A DNA stretch of 64,000 bases from an uncultured Bacilli bacterium (lineage in GTDB: Bacteria > Bacillota_I > Bacilli_A > RF39 > UBA660), in assembly GCA_934098485.1 (NCBI GenBank), contig CAKOOH010000003.1:1706-65705 (forward strand), in the 5' to 3' direction. The translations under genes were made by a program, and so were the position numbers. Positions 36,140 through 44,303 of this stretch are shown here, piece by piece. The stretch's first letter is position 1. The number at the start of each line of letters is the position of its first letter. A model generated the notes under the pieces. The model ran no database searches, was not told the origin of the DNA, and saw only the letters and a list, made by a program, of their open reading frames with translations.

Positions 36140-37213
36140 ATGAAAAAGAAAATCATTATTATTATTTTAATTAGCCTTGTTATTTTATTACTATTTCTTT
36201 ATATTATTTTTAATCATCAAAAAGAAAAACCAATTCTAATTAATAATCCCTCTACATTTGAAATAATAGATGAACATGGCAAAGAAGAATATAAAACTTT
36301 GTTAAAATTAGTAGAGCATGATGGTGAAACTAGCACACTGGGTGATTTATCAGCTAAATATGAAACGATGACCTGTGAATATAAAGTAGATATAAATAAA
36401 CTAAAAGAAACGATTCCATATGTTACTTATAATAATGATAATACTAATGAAGAACTTAAAAATATTGTTGCTATCATTAAAGAAAAATTTAATATTACTA
36501 TTGATGACTCATGGAAATATATTATTCATTATCCCGCATCAGATTTATCTTTTGGATATATAATTTTTATTTATTATATTAATGATAATATCGCTACTGA
36601 TAGGTACATATCTTTTGATATTAAAAATGGTGTAATAGACGAAATTGCCTATGCCTATTTAGATAGAGATCTTAATGAAAATGAAATTTTATATAAGTAT
36701 AATTATTTTATTAATCATTATAGGCAAGAAAAAGGATTTGTCAAAGATTATGAAAAGTGGTACACAATAGCAGGTGATGAAACATCTATTGTTTATCATT
36801 TTAATAGAAATAAAATAGCTTATGGCTATGTGATATTTTATAAATATAAAGATTTAGGAGCTATTAACAATGATTGGGGCATCGAAATGTTTATTGAACC
36901 CGAATTAATTGAAAATTTTATTAATACTAAAAAAATCATTGTAAAAGATAATAATGATAAGGAAATTAAAACCATTGAAAATAAAAAAACTATTACTAAA
37001 ATAACTTCATTAATGGCAAGAACAATACCTGCTTTAAATAATAATCAAAAAAGTGATAAATCTAATGAACTAAAACTATTTTTATATGATAAAGATGAAA
37101 AATTAATAAATAGTCTAGACCTTAATGAAAATGGTATTTTAGAACTTAATAACGCTCAAAATGAATATTTAAAAGAAACATATTTAAATGAATTATTAAA
37201 AATAATAAAGTAG
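36140..37213 (+). CDS. Hypothetical membrane-anchored protein
   Basis: N-terminal TM segment KKIIIIILISLVILLLFLYIIF. No recognisable domain. Confidence 0.5.
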   Translation: MKKKIIIIILISLVILLLFLYIIFNHQKEKPILINNPSTFEIIDEHGKEEYKTLLKLVEHDGETSTLGDLSAKYETMTCEYKVDINKLKETIPYVTYNNDNTNEELKNIVAIIKEKFNITIDDSWKYIIHYPASDLSFGYIIFIYYINDNIATDRYISFDIKNGVIDEIAYAYLDRDLNENEILYKYNYFINHYRQEKGFVKDYEKWYTIAGDETSIVYHFNRNKIAYGYVIFYKYKDLGAINNDWGIEMFIEPELIENFINTKKIIVKDNNDKEIKTIENKKTITKITSLMARTIPALNNNQKSDKSNELKLFLYDKDEKLINSLDLNENGILELNNAQNEYLKETYLNELLKIIK

Positions 37214-37287
37214 GGTAGTATCTATTTAAACGGATACCTCTTATTGACTAAAAACAAAATTAAGTATAATATTAAATTAGGTGGTAA

Positions 37288-37825
37288 TATGATAAAAGTT
37301 TTTACAGGACCCATGTTTAGTGGTAAATCAGATGAATTATTAAAGGAATATGATCGTAAATATCATAAGAGTAAAATACTTTTATTTAAACCCCAAATTG
37401 ATACTCGTGATTTTGGAGTAGTTAAAACTCGTAATGGTAAAGAAATATCAGCGATTTTAATTAAAGACATTAAAGATATTAAAAAACATATAACCGATAA
37501 AATAACAACCATTTTTATCGATGAAGCAAACTTTTTAAAAGGCGACGTTAACATTTTAACTGAATTATCTATTAATGAAGATTTAGATATCTTTTTAGCC
37601 GGTTTAAACATGACTAGTGAGCAGCAACCCTTTGGTTTAATGCCAGAAATACTTGCTATCGCTGATGAAATTGTTATAATGCACGCATCATGTAACGACT
37701 GTAATCGTGATGCCTTTTATACCTATTACGATGGAAAAAAGACCGGCGATATTTTAGTAGGAAATGATAATTATCTTGCTTTATGTCCTAGATGTTTAAG
37801 GAAAAGATTAAATGAAAAAAGGTAA
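37288..37825 (+). CDS. tdk: Thymidine kinase
   Basis: GPMFSGKS P-loop, FIDEANF, and zinc-binding CNDC...CPRC. The ATG at 37288 follows AGGTGG. Confidence 0.9.
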
Positions 37826-38462
37826 ATTAATAGTAATTGAAGGAACCAATTCTTCTGGTAAAGAAACGCAAAGTAATTTATTAGTCGCTAAATTAAAAGA
37901 AAAGGGCATTCCGGCTATCAAAATGCGTTTTCCCGATTATGAAAGCCCTACTGGTAAAATCATTGGTGAATGCATTTTAGGTAAGCACAGCCCATCATTT
38001 TTTAAAGAGGGAATTAATGAAATTCCTCCCAAAGTTGCTGCTTTATACTATGCTGCCGACCGTGTTTATAATATTGAAAAAATAAATAAATTATTAGAAT
38101 CTGGTACCAATGTTATTTTAGATCGTTACGTCGAATCAAATATGGCTTATCAAGCCGCTAAATTTGATGATTTAAAGGACCGTATCAACATGCTATTATG
38201 GATGGAACAATTAGAATTTAACTTGCTAGATTTACCTAGACCCGATAAAGTAGTATGCTTATATTTACCATATGAATATCGCACCGATCAGTGTGATGAT
38301 AATAAGCATTTAAAAAATACCGAAAGTGTTTATGGCCTTTTAGCCGAAAGATATAACTTTGCTATTATAAACTGCGTTAAAGAAGATAAAATTCGCAATC
38401 GTAATGAAATAAGTGAAGAAATATATCATATAATCAAAGAGTTTTTGACAGCCGAATGTTAA
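37812..38462 (+). CDS. Thymidylate-kinase-family protein with an atypical P-loop
   Basis: IVIEGTNSSGKET... and DRYVESNMAYQ fit the Tmk fold. The Walker A motif reads GKE(T) instead of GK(T/S)T. Confidence 0.65.
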   Translation: MKKGKLIVIEGTNSSGKETQSNLLVAKLKEKGIPAIKMRFPDYESPTGKIIGECILGKHSPSFFKEGINEIPPKVAALYYAADRVYNIEKINKLLESGTNVILDRYVESNMAYQAAKFDDLKDRINMLLWMEQLEFNLLDLPRPDKVVCLYLPYEYRTDQCDDNKHLKNTESVYGLLAERYNFAIINCVKEDKIRNRNEISEEIYHIIKEFLTAEC

Positions 38463-38573
38463 GTAAATGCTAAAAATTATCTAAATAAGTAAATATCCTG
38501 TATAATATACATATATTTTAATTCGACAATTTCCTCAGTTTTTAAGGTATAAAATAAATAAAAAGGAGGGAAT

Positions 38574-38756
38574 ATGTTAGTTAAAGTATTTGATGAATCA
38601 CACGAAAAAGATTTAGAAAGAAGTGTAAACTCATTTTTAATGACTGTTGATGATTTAATAGATATCAAATATAGTGTTGCCATCACCGCTTGCGGAGAAG
38701 AGCAAATCTATTGTTTCACAGCCATGATAATATATAGAAATGTAAGTGATGAGTAA
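38574..38756 (+). CDS. cse60: Cse60-like small sporulation protein
   Basis: 60 aa. VKVFDESHEKDLERSVNSFL...IDIKYSV...EEQIYCFTAMIIY matches my memory of the Cse60 family. RBS AAAAGGAGGG. Confidence 0.55.
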   Translation: MLVKVFDESHEKDLERSVNSFLMTVDDLIDIKYSVAITACGEEQIYCFTAMIIYRNVSDE

Positions 38757-40412
38757 TTGAAAAAAAATAGTTTTATGGTAGGTACATTTATATCTACCGC
38801 CTCAGTTATCTTTGTAAAAATCTTAGGAATGCTTTACGTTATTCCTTTTTATCATATCGTCGGCTCTAAAGGCGGCGCATTATATAGTTACGCTTACAAT
38901 GTTTACCTTATCTTTTTAGGTATCTCTTCTGCCGGCATTCCTAGTGCTATTAGTAAAATCATTAGTGAATATAATGCCTTAGGTTACCTCGAAGCTAAAA
39001 CAAGAGTATTTTCTTTAGGAAAAAAGATTATTGGCTATATATCTATCGCTATGTTTATTTTATTATTTGTTTTTGCCGAAGAATTTGCCACTTTAATAAT
39101 TGGCGATTTAACAGGTGGTAATACTATTGAAGATGTCTGTTTTGTTATAAGATGTGTATCATTTGCCGTTTTAATAATCCCTCATTTAAGTGTTACCAAA
39201 GGCTACTTTCAAGGACATAAATATTTTACTCCTTCTTCAGTAAGTAATTTAATTGAACAAGTTGTAAGAATATTTGTGATTTTAGCCGGTTCCTTTTTGG
39301 CCTATAAAGTTTTTAATTCCAGCTTAACTCTAGCCGTTGGGATTGCCGTTTCCGGTGCCTTTTTTGGCGGCCTTGTTGCTTATTTATATTTAAAAAGAAA
39401 CATGAATAAATATAAAAGCGATTTAAATCTAGATAAAGAATACCAAAAAGATAATGTTACCAATAAAGAAATAGTTAAAAAAATTGCTAAATATGCCATA
39501 CCATTTATTATTATTAATATCGTCAATAACATCTATAGTTTTACCGATATGGTTTTAGTTTTAAGAACTTTAAATAAATTAGGTTTTAGCGCTAGCGATG
39601 TCGAATTTATTACTAGTGTTATCTCCACATGGAGTGGTAAAATTGCCATGGTTGTAAATTCTATCGCGATGGGGATGACTGTAACCTTAATACCAACTAT
39701 TGTTGAATCATTTACCAAAAAAGATCATCAAAGTTTAAATCACAACTTAAATAAAGCCCTCCAAATTGTGACTTACACCTCACTACCACTTGCGATTGGT
39801 ATTTCCATCTTGGCAACACCTATCTGGACTATGTTTTATAATACCAATGCTTATGGTGGAGCTATCTTAAAAGTTATAATCTTTAATGCCTTAATTGGCA
39901 ATATCTCTATGATTGTAAGTGCTACTTTACAAAGCTGTAACCGTTTTAAAGCTGTATATCTAACTAACATAATTGGCCTTCTTACTAATGCTTTATTAGA
40001 CGTTCCTTTAATGCTTTTATGTCATAGAATTGGAATCGGCCCTTATTACGGCGCTATAATTTCTTCAACCATCGGCTTTATTATTTCTATTACCCTAGGT
40101 TTAAAACTAGTTGGTAATAATGAATTTAGCTTAAACTACAAAGATACATTTATATGGATAGGTAAATCCTTAGTGCCAGCTTCTTTCATGGTTATCGTTC
40201 TTTTACCACTAAATAAAATATTACCATTTAATGTATATCAAAAAGGTGGAGCGCTTCTAACAATTATTATAAACGCCATTATTGGTGGTATTATATTTAT
40301 CTATATAAGCTATAAACTAGGTATTTTAGACCATATATTTGGAATAGATGCCATTAATAAACTATTAAAAAAACTCACCCGTGGTAAGTTTCAATTAAAA
40401 GAAAAAAAATAA
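38757..40412 (+). CDS. MOP-superfamily flippase (SpoVB / MurJ / polysaccharide biosynthesis protein-like)
   Basis: About 14 predicted TM helices and an N-terminal SVIFVKILGMLYVIPFY...GGALYSYAYNVY pattern, as in SpoVB/YtgP. Confidence 0.75.
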   Translation: MKKNSFMVGTFISTASVIFVKILGMLYVIPFYHIVGSKGGALYSYAYNVYLIFLGISSAGIPSAISKIISEYNALGYLEAKTRVFSLGKKIIGYISIAMFILLFVFAEEFATLIIGDLTGGNTIEDVCFVIRCVSFAVLIIPHLSVTKGYFQGHKYFTPSSVSNLIEQVVRIFVILAGSFLAYKVFNSSLTLAVGIAVSGAFFGGLVAYLYLKRNMNKYKSDLNLDKEYQKDNVTNKEIVKKIAKYAIPFIIINIVNNIYSFTDMVLVLRTLNKLGFSASDVEFITSVISTWSGKIAMVVNSIAMGMTVTLIPTIVESFTKKDHQSLNHNLNKALQIVTYTSLPLAIGISILATPIWTMFYNTNAYGGAILKVIIFNALIGNISMIVSATLQSCNRFKAVYLTNIIGLLTNALLDVPLMLLCHRIGIGPYYGAIISSTIGFIISITLGLKLVGNNEFSLNYKDTFIWIGKSLVPASFMVIVLLPLNKILPFNVYQKGGALLTIIINAIIGGIIFIYISYKLGILDHIFGIDAINKLLKKLTRGKFQLKEKK

Positions 40413-40413
40413 A

Positions 40414-40731
40414 TTAAACCATATACATATTTGTATTATAATTTACTTCATCACCAGATGTTTTTCCGCCTTCTTCAAGTCTAGATACGCGCGATTCCAG
40501 TCTATTAATTTCTCTTTCAATTTTCGCCATTCTAGCATCAATATCACTATACATGTTTTGATTCATGTAAGCATTATTATTATTTAAAGAAGGCCCTGCA
40601 TAAAATTGGGAATTTGCACTAACTGTTTGATTTGGAACCATTCCCATTTGGTTCATGTTCATATTCGGTATGTATCCAGTCGACTGATTAAACCCATATT
40701 CAGAAAAGAAAGAATTACGATCTTTTTTCAT
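40414..40731 (-). CDS. Hypothetical N/Q/M-rich protein with a C-terminal coiled coil
   Basis: Low-complexity N-terminal half (NMNMNQMGMVPNQ..., NNNNAYMNQNMY) followed by RMAKIEREINRLESRVSRLEE. Confidence 0.5.
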   Translation of the reverse strand: MKKDRNSFFSEYGFNQSTGYIPNMNMNQMGMVPNQTVSANSQFYAGPSLNNNNAYMNQNMYSDIDARMAKIEREINRLESRVSRLEEGGKTSGDEVNYNTNMYMV

Positions 40732-40789
40732 ATTTCACCTCTACCATAATATATGTGAAAATAAGAAAAAAGTTTATAAAGGAGTAACT

Positions 40790-41380
40790 ATGAGATTAAG
40801 AAATGTTAAAAATGCGAGAGAAATAGTATCGAATCATCCCTTAATAATTAAGGAAAATATATTTGATAATTCTAAAAAACTACATATTGAAATTGGCTGT
40901 GGAAAAGGTTCATTTATTATTGAAATGGCCAAAAGAAACCCTGATATTAATTTTATTGGTATTGAAAAATATGAATCAGTTTTAATTAGAGCCTTAGAAA
41001 AAATAGAGGACATTCCTAGTAACCTAAGATTTATGTGTTTTGATGCGGGAAATATAGATGCGATATTTTCTAAAAATGTCGACACTATTTATTTAAATTT
41101 TTCTGATCCTTGGCCTAAAACTAGACACGCTAAAAGAAGACTTACTAGTCCTATCTTTTTAGACCTTTACGATAAAATTTCTAGTGGTAAAACTCATATT
41201 ATTATGAAAACTGATAACAAAGGCTTATTTGCGTATTCCCTTGAAACGTTAAATAATGCTGGTTTTCATTTTAATCGTGTCTCTTTAGATTTTCCCTTAA
41301 TTGAGTCAGTTCCCACCGAGTACGAAATGAAATTTAGAAATAGTGGCGAAACTATCAACTATTTAGATGCCATAAAATGA
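40790..41380 (+). CDS. trmB: tRNA (guanine46-N7)-methyltransferase TrmB
   Basis: IEIGCGKGSF, GIEKY, NFSDPWPKTRHAKRRL. Confidence 0.9.
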   Translation: MRLRNVKNAREIVSNHPLIIKENIFDNSKKLHIEIGCGKGSFIIEMAKRNPDINFIGIEKYESVLIRALEKIEDIPSNLRFMCFDAGNIDAIFSKNVDTIYLNFSDPWPKTRHAKRRLTSPIFLDLYDKISSGKTHIIMKTDNKGLFAYSLETLNNAGFHFNRVSLDFPLIESVPTEYEMKFRNSGETINYLDAIK

Positions 41381-41426
41381 TTTTACAATCAATTTTATAA
41401 ATGGTATAATTACTCTAGGAGAAAAT

Positions 41427-42065
41427 ATGAAAAAAATAATATTATTAACTATTTTATTAATATCTCTAACTGGCTGTGTAAATATAAATAGTACTAGCAT
41501 AGAAAATCTTATTAGTACTATAAAGCGAAGTAAGTTATCCTTAACAAATGAATACCGTAATGGCTTTACTTATTATTTACCTGTCAATATGAATGTTTTA
41601 TCATCTGATAAAGCCAATGAAGTATTAACTGATGGGAACTATAATTACTATTTATACGCTGATATGATTAGTTTTTATAATAAAACTAGTTTTGATTATA
41701 AGGAAAATAAGACTAGCTATAAAAGTTTAAATCTAAAAGATGATAAAGCATCTGGATATTTAGAAATAAATCAAAAAAACGACAAATATCTAATTGAAAT
41801 AATGTATAATTATGCTAAAATAGAAGTGATGGTAGATAAAGATAAAATTAATGAAGCTATATCTAATTCATTAATCGTTATTAGTTCCATCAAATTTAAT
41901 AAAGATATCATTGAAAATATGCTAGGAAAAAACGTTCTTAGTTTTAGTGAAGAAGAATTTAATATATTTGAAACTAACTCAAATACAAGTAATTTCCTAG
42001 AAATAGAAAAAGAATTTGGTACATATGAAGGCGATGATATCCCGGATTATGATTTAGTAAATTAA
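41427..42065 (+). CDS. Lipoprotein of unknown function
   Basis: Signal peptide with lipobox LISLTGC. Confidence 0.6.
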   Translation: MKKIILLTILLISLTGCVNINSTSIENLISTIKRSKLSLTNEYRNGFTYYLPVNMNVLSSDKANEVLTDGNYNYYLYADMISFYNKTSFDYKENKTSYKSLNLKDDKASGYLEINQKNDKYLIEIMYNYAKIEVMVDKDKINEAISNSLIVISSIKFNKDIIENMLGKNVLSFSEEEFNIFETNSNTSNFLEIEKEFGTYEGDDIPDYDLVN

Positions 42066-42077
42066 GGAGAGATTTTA

Positions 42078-42911
42078 ATGGGAGTATTTAAAAAATTAAA
42101 AGACGTCTTATTTGATGTCGAAGATGATGAATTACCTGTTATTCAAAAAACACCAAAAAAAGAAGAGGTCAAAGAAGAAAATCCTATTAAGGAAATAAAG
42201 ATACCTAAAGAAGACTACAGTGCTCCAGAAGTAAAAGAGCCACGGAAAGAAAGTTTTAACTTCCCAATTGATTTTGATGAGCCTGTGCCATCTAGAACTG
42301 CTAAAAAAGATTATTTATTTGATGATGATTTTGATGTTAAACCAGCATCACACAAAGAACCTGTAAGAGATTATAGAGAACCAAGAAGATATGATGAACC
42401 AGCACCTAAAAGAAAAGATGCTCCTGATTATTCAAAAATACTAACTAGAGAAACTAAAAAAGAAGCATTCAAGCCATCACCCGTTATATCACCAGTTTAT
42501 GGAATATTAGATCAAAATTATACTAAAGACGATGTTATTATTAAAACTGATGTTGGTATTAAAAATCCTACTTTAGATGATGCTTTAAAAAAGGCTCATG
42601 GCATTAAAAAGAAAGAAGAAAAAATCTTCGATGAAAATTTTGAAGAACCACCACTAAAAACTTTAGATGAAATATTAATTGCTAAAGATAAAAAAGTGGA
42701 AGTAAAAAAAGAAGAAAAAGAAGAAGAAGAATTACCAATTGTTAAAAAAGAAAGTATGCTTGTTTCTAAAGCCGAAACTGAAAATATTAAATTAGAAGAT
42801 GATAGTCTTCCCGATGAACCATATGCTGATGAAAAGAAAGAAACAACTTTAGAAGATGATTTATTTAATTTAATAGATTCAATGTATGAAGAAAAAGAAG
42901 AGGAGGAATAA
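42078..42911 (+). CDS. Hypothetical K/E/D-rich protein with an N-terminal amphipathic helix
   Basis: MGVFKKLKDVLFDV, long charged low-complexity stretches, and a central PSPVISPVYGIL motif. Confidence 0.5.
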   Translation: MGVFKKLKDVLFDVEDDELPVIQKTPKKEEVKEENPIKEIKIPKEDYSAPEVKEPRKESFNFPIDFDEPVPSRTAKKDYLFDDDFDVKPASHKEPVRDYREPRRYDEPAPKRKDAPDYSKILTRETKKEAFKPSPVISPVYGILDQNYTKDDVIIKTDVGIKNPTLDDALKKAHGIKKKEEKIFDENFEEPPLKTLDEILIAKDKKVEVKKEEKEEEELPIVKKESMLVSKAETENIKLEDDSLPDEPYADEKKETTLEDDLFNLIDSMYEEKEEEE

Positions 42912-42914
42912 AAA

Positions 42915-43211
42915 ATGGAATTTATGGCAGAAGTATTACCAATAATTATTTATATTTTATTAATTATTTTACTAGTAATTGGAATTATTTTAGGAATAAA
43001 ACTTATAATAACTATAGATAAAGTTAATTATGTAGTTGATGATATTACCGAAAAAGTTGAGTCATTAGATGGATTTTTCAAAATAATCAATATGGCCAAC
43101 AATAAATTTAATTTAATTACAACAAAAATAAGTGATTGGATTATGACTCTAATTGGGAAAATCCCACTATTTAATAAAAAAGGAAAGGAAGAAGAGGAAG
43201 ATTATGAGTAA
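42915..43211 (+). CDS. DUF948-like (YtxG-type) membrane protein
   Basis: N-terminal TM segment followed by a coiled segment IDKVNYVVDDITEKVESLDG, adjacent to a YtxH-like gene. Confidence 0.55.
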   Translation: MEFMAEVLPIIIYILLIILLVIGIILGIKLIITIDKVNYVVDDITEKVESLDGFFKIINMANNKFNLITTKISDWIMTLIGKIPLFNKKGKEEEEDYE

Positions 43212-43623
43212 AAAAGGTTGTGCATTATTTACTGGTTTAGCAGTAGGAGCAGGATTAGGAATTCTATTTGCTCCAAAGAAAGGAACTGAAACTAGAAAAG
43301 ACATTTCTAAAAAATTAGATGAATTATGGGGAAAAGTTAAAGAGTTAGATTACGGTGAAGTAAAAAGTACTCTTGAAGTTAAAATTAAAGAATTAAAAAA
43401 AGAATTAGCTGATCTAGACAAAGAAAAAGTTGCTAGCATCGCTAAGGAAAAAGCTTTAGTAATTAAAGATAAAGCTGAAGATTTATATAACTTAGCTGTT
43501 GAAAAAAGTTCTCCAGTTTTAGAAAAAGCTGCTAAAGAAGTAAAAGATAAAGCTGCTGAATTATTAAGTAGCACTGCTAAATCATTAGAAAAAACTAGTA
43601 AAAACTTAAAAAAAGCAAACTAG
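43204..43623 (+). CDS. ytxH: YtxH-domain protein
   Basis: GCALFTGLAVGAGLGILFAPKKGTETRKD followed by a K/E-rich helical region. The ATG at 43204 follows GGAAGAAGAGGAAG. Confidence 0.7.
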   Translation: MSKKGCALFTGLAVGAGLGILFAPKKGTETRKDISKKLDELWGKVKELDYGEVKSTLEVKIKELKKELADLDKEKVASIAKEKALVIKDKAEDLYNLAVEKSSPVLEKAAKEVKDKAAELLSSTAKSLEKTSKNLKKAN

Positions 43624-43633
43624 TTTTTTTTTC

Positions 43634-43662
43634 TTGACTATCTTTTAGGCATTTGTTATACT
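43634..43662 (+). promoter_or_regulatory. SigA-type promoter of the T-box leader
   Basis: TTGACT (43634-43639), a 17-nt spacer, then TGT-TATACT (43654-43662). Confidence 0.6.
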
Positions 43663-43797
43663 TATCTCGTTAACGAAGACGGAAACTTACAACTTCCAGA
43701 GTTAAATCGTATATCACGTTAAGATATTAAAGAGCATGAAAATCATGAAATAAGGTGGTACCGCGGCATTAGTCGTCCTTAGATTAATGATTTTTTT
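43663..43797 (+). promoter_or_regulatory. T-box riboswitch leader (probable tRNA-Tyr specificity)
   Basis: The T-box sequence is AAGGTGGTACCGCG (43752-43765). The antiterminator pairs UAAGG (43751-55) with CCUUA (43777-81), with a UGGUACC bulge and a GCG/CGU helix. The competing terminator pairs CAUUAGUC (43767-74) with GAUUAAUG (43782-89), followed by A and U7. A Stem III hairpin is CATGA-aaa-TCATG (43735-47). Candidate specifier UAC-A lies at 43688-43691, and tyrS is downstream. Confidence 0.8.
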
Positions 43798-43816
43798 ATT
43801 TTGTAAAGGAGTATTT

Positions 43817-44302
43817 ATGAGAAAATTTGAAAAAATAAGTTTTGAACAATTTAAAAAAGATGTCAAAGATGATAAGAGCTTATATGAAAATTTTAGTTTA
43901 CCTAAAAGAAGTACTAAACACTCAGCCGGTTATGATATATGTAGTTTAGAAGAATATACTATTAAACCTCATGAAGCTAAAGCCTTTGGAACCGGTTTAA
44001 AAGTCGCAATGAATCCTGATGAAGTACTATATTTATATACTAGAAGTTCTTTTGGATATAAATATTGTGCCACTCTTGCCAATAGTGTCGGCGTTATTGA
44101 TTCAGATTATTATAATAATGAGGATAATGAAGGACACTTTAGAGTTAAAATAATTAATCATGGTGAAAAAGATTTAGAAGTAAAAGTTGGCGACCGTATT
44201 GCTCAAGGTATTTTCATGAAATACTTAACTGTTGATGACGAAGATGAAATAACAAGTGTTAGAACTGGTGGAATAGGTTCTACCAATAAGGAGGGAAAAT
44301 AA
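43817..44302 (+). CDS. dut: dUTP diphosphatase (trimeric dUTPase family)
   Basis: All five motifs are present: SAGYDI, TRSSFG, GVIDSDYYN, GDRIAQG, RTGGIGSTN. The ATG at 43817 follows AAAGGAG; the ORF-track start at 43787 lies inside the terminator U-run. Confidence 0.85.
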   Translation: MRKFEKISFEQFKKDVKDDKSLYENFSLPKRSTKHSAGYDICSLEEYTIKPHEAKAFGTGLKVAMNPDEVLYLYTRSSFGYKYCATLANSVGVIDSDYYNNEDNEGHFRVKIINHGEKDLEVKVGDRIAQGIFMKYLTVDDEDEITSVRTGGIGSTNKEGK

Positions 44303-44303
44303 T

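Noticed and set aside
43153-43203. N-terminal extension of the YtxH-like ORF (track start at 43153), and extensions at 43787 (dut), 14526 (ZIP), 37244 (tdk), 376 (tsaE), 16424 (yebC) and 18560 (response regulator)
   Set aside because: In each case an internal ATG is preceded at 5-9 nt by a GGAGG-like RBS. The extension overlaps the upstream gene, a promoter or a terminator U-run.
43741-43792. A long helix AAUCAU...AAGG / CCUU...AUGAUU as the T-box terminator, which would have made the expression platform non-canonical
   Set aside because: A more conventional 8-bp hairpin (43767-74 with 43782-89) sits directly before the U7 run. It is mutually exclusive with the antiterminator, so the platform looks canonical.
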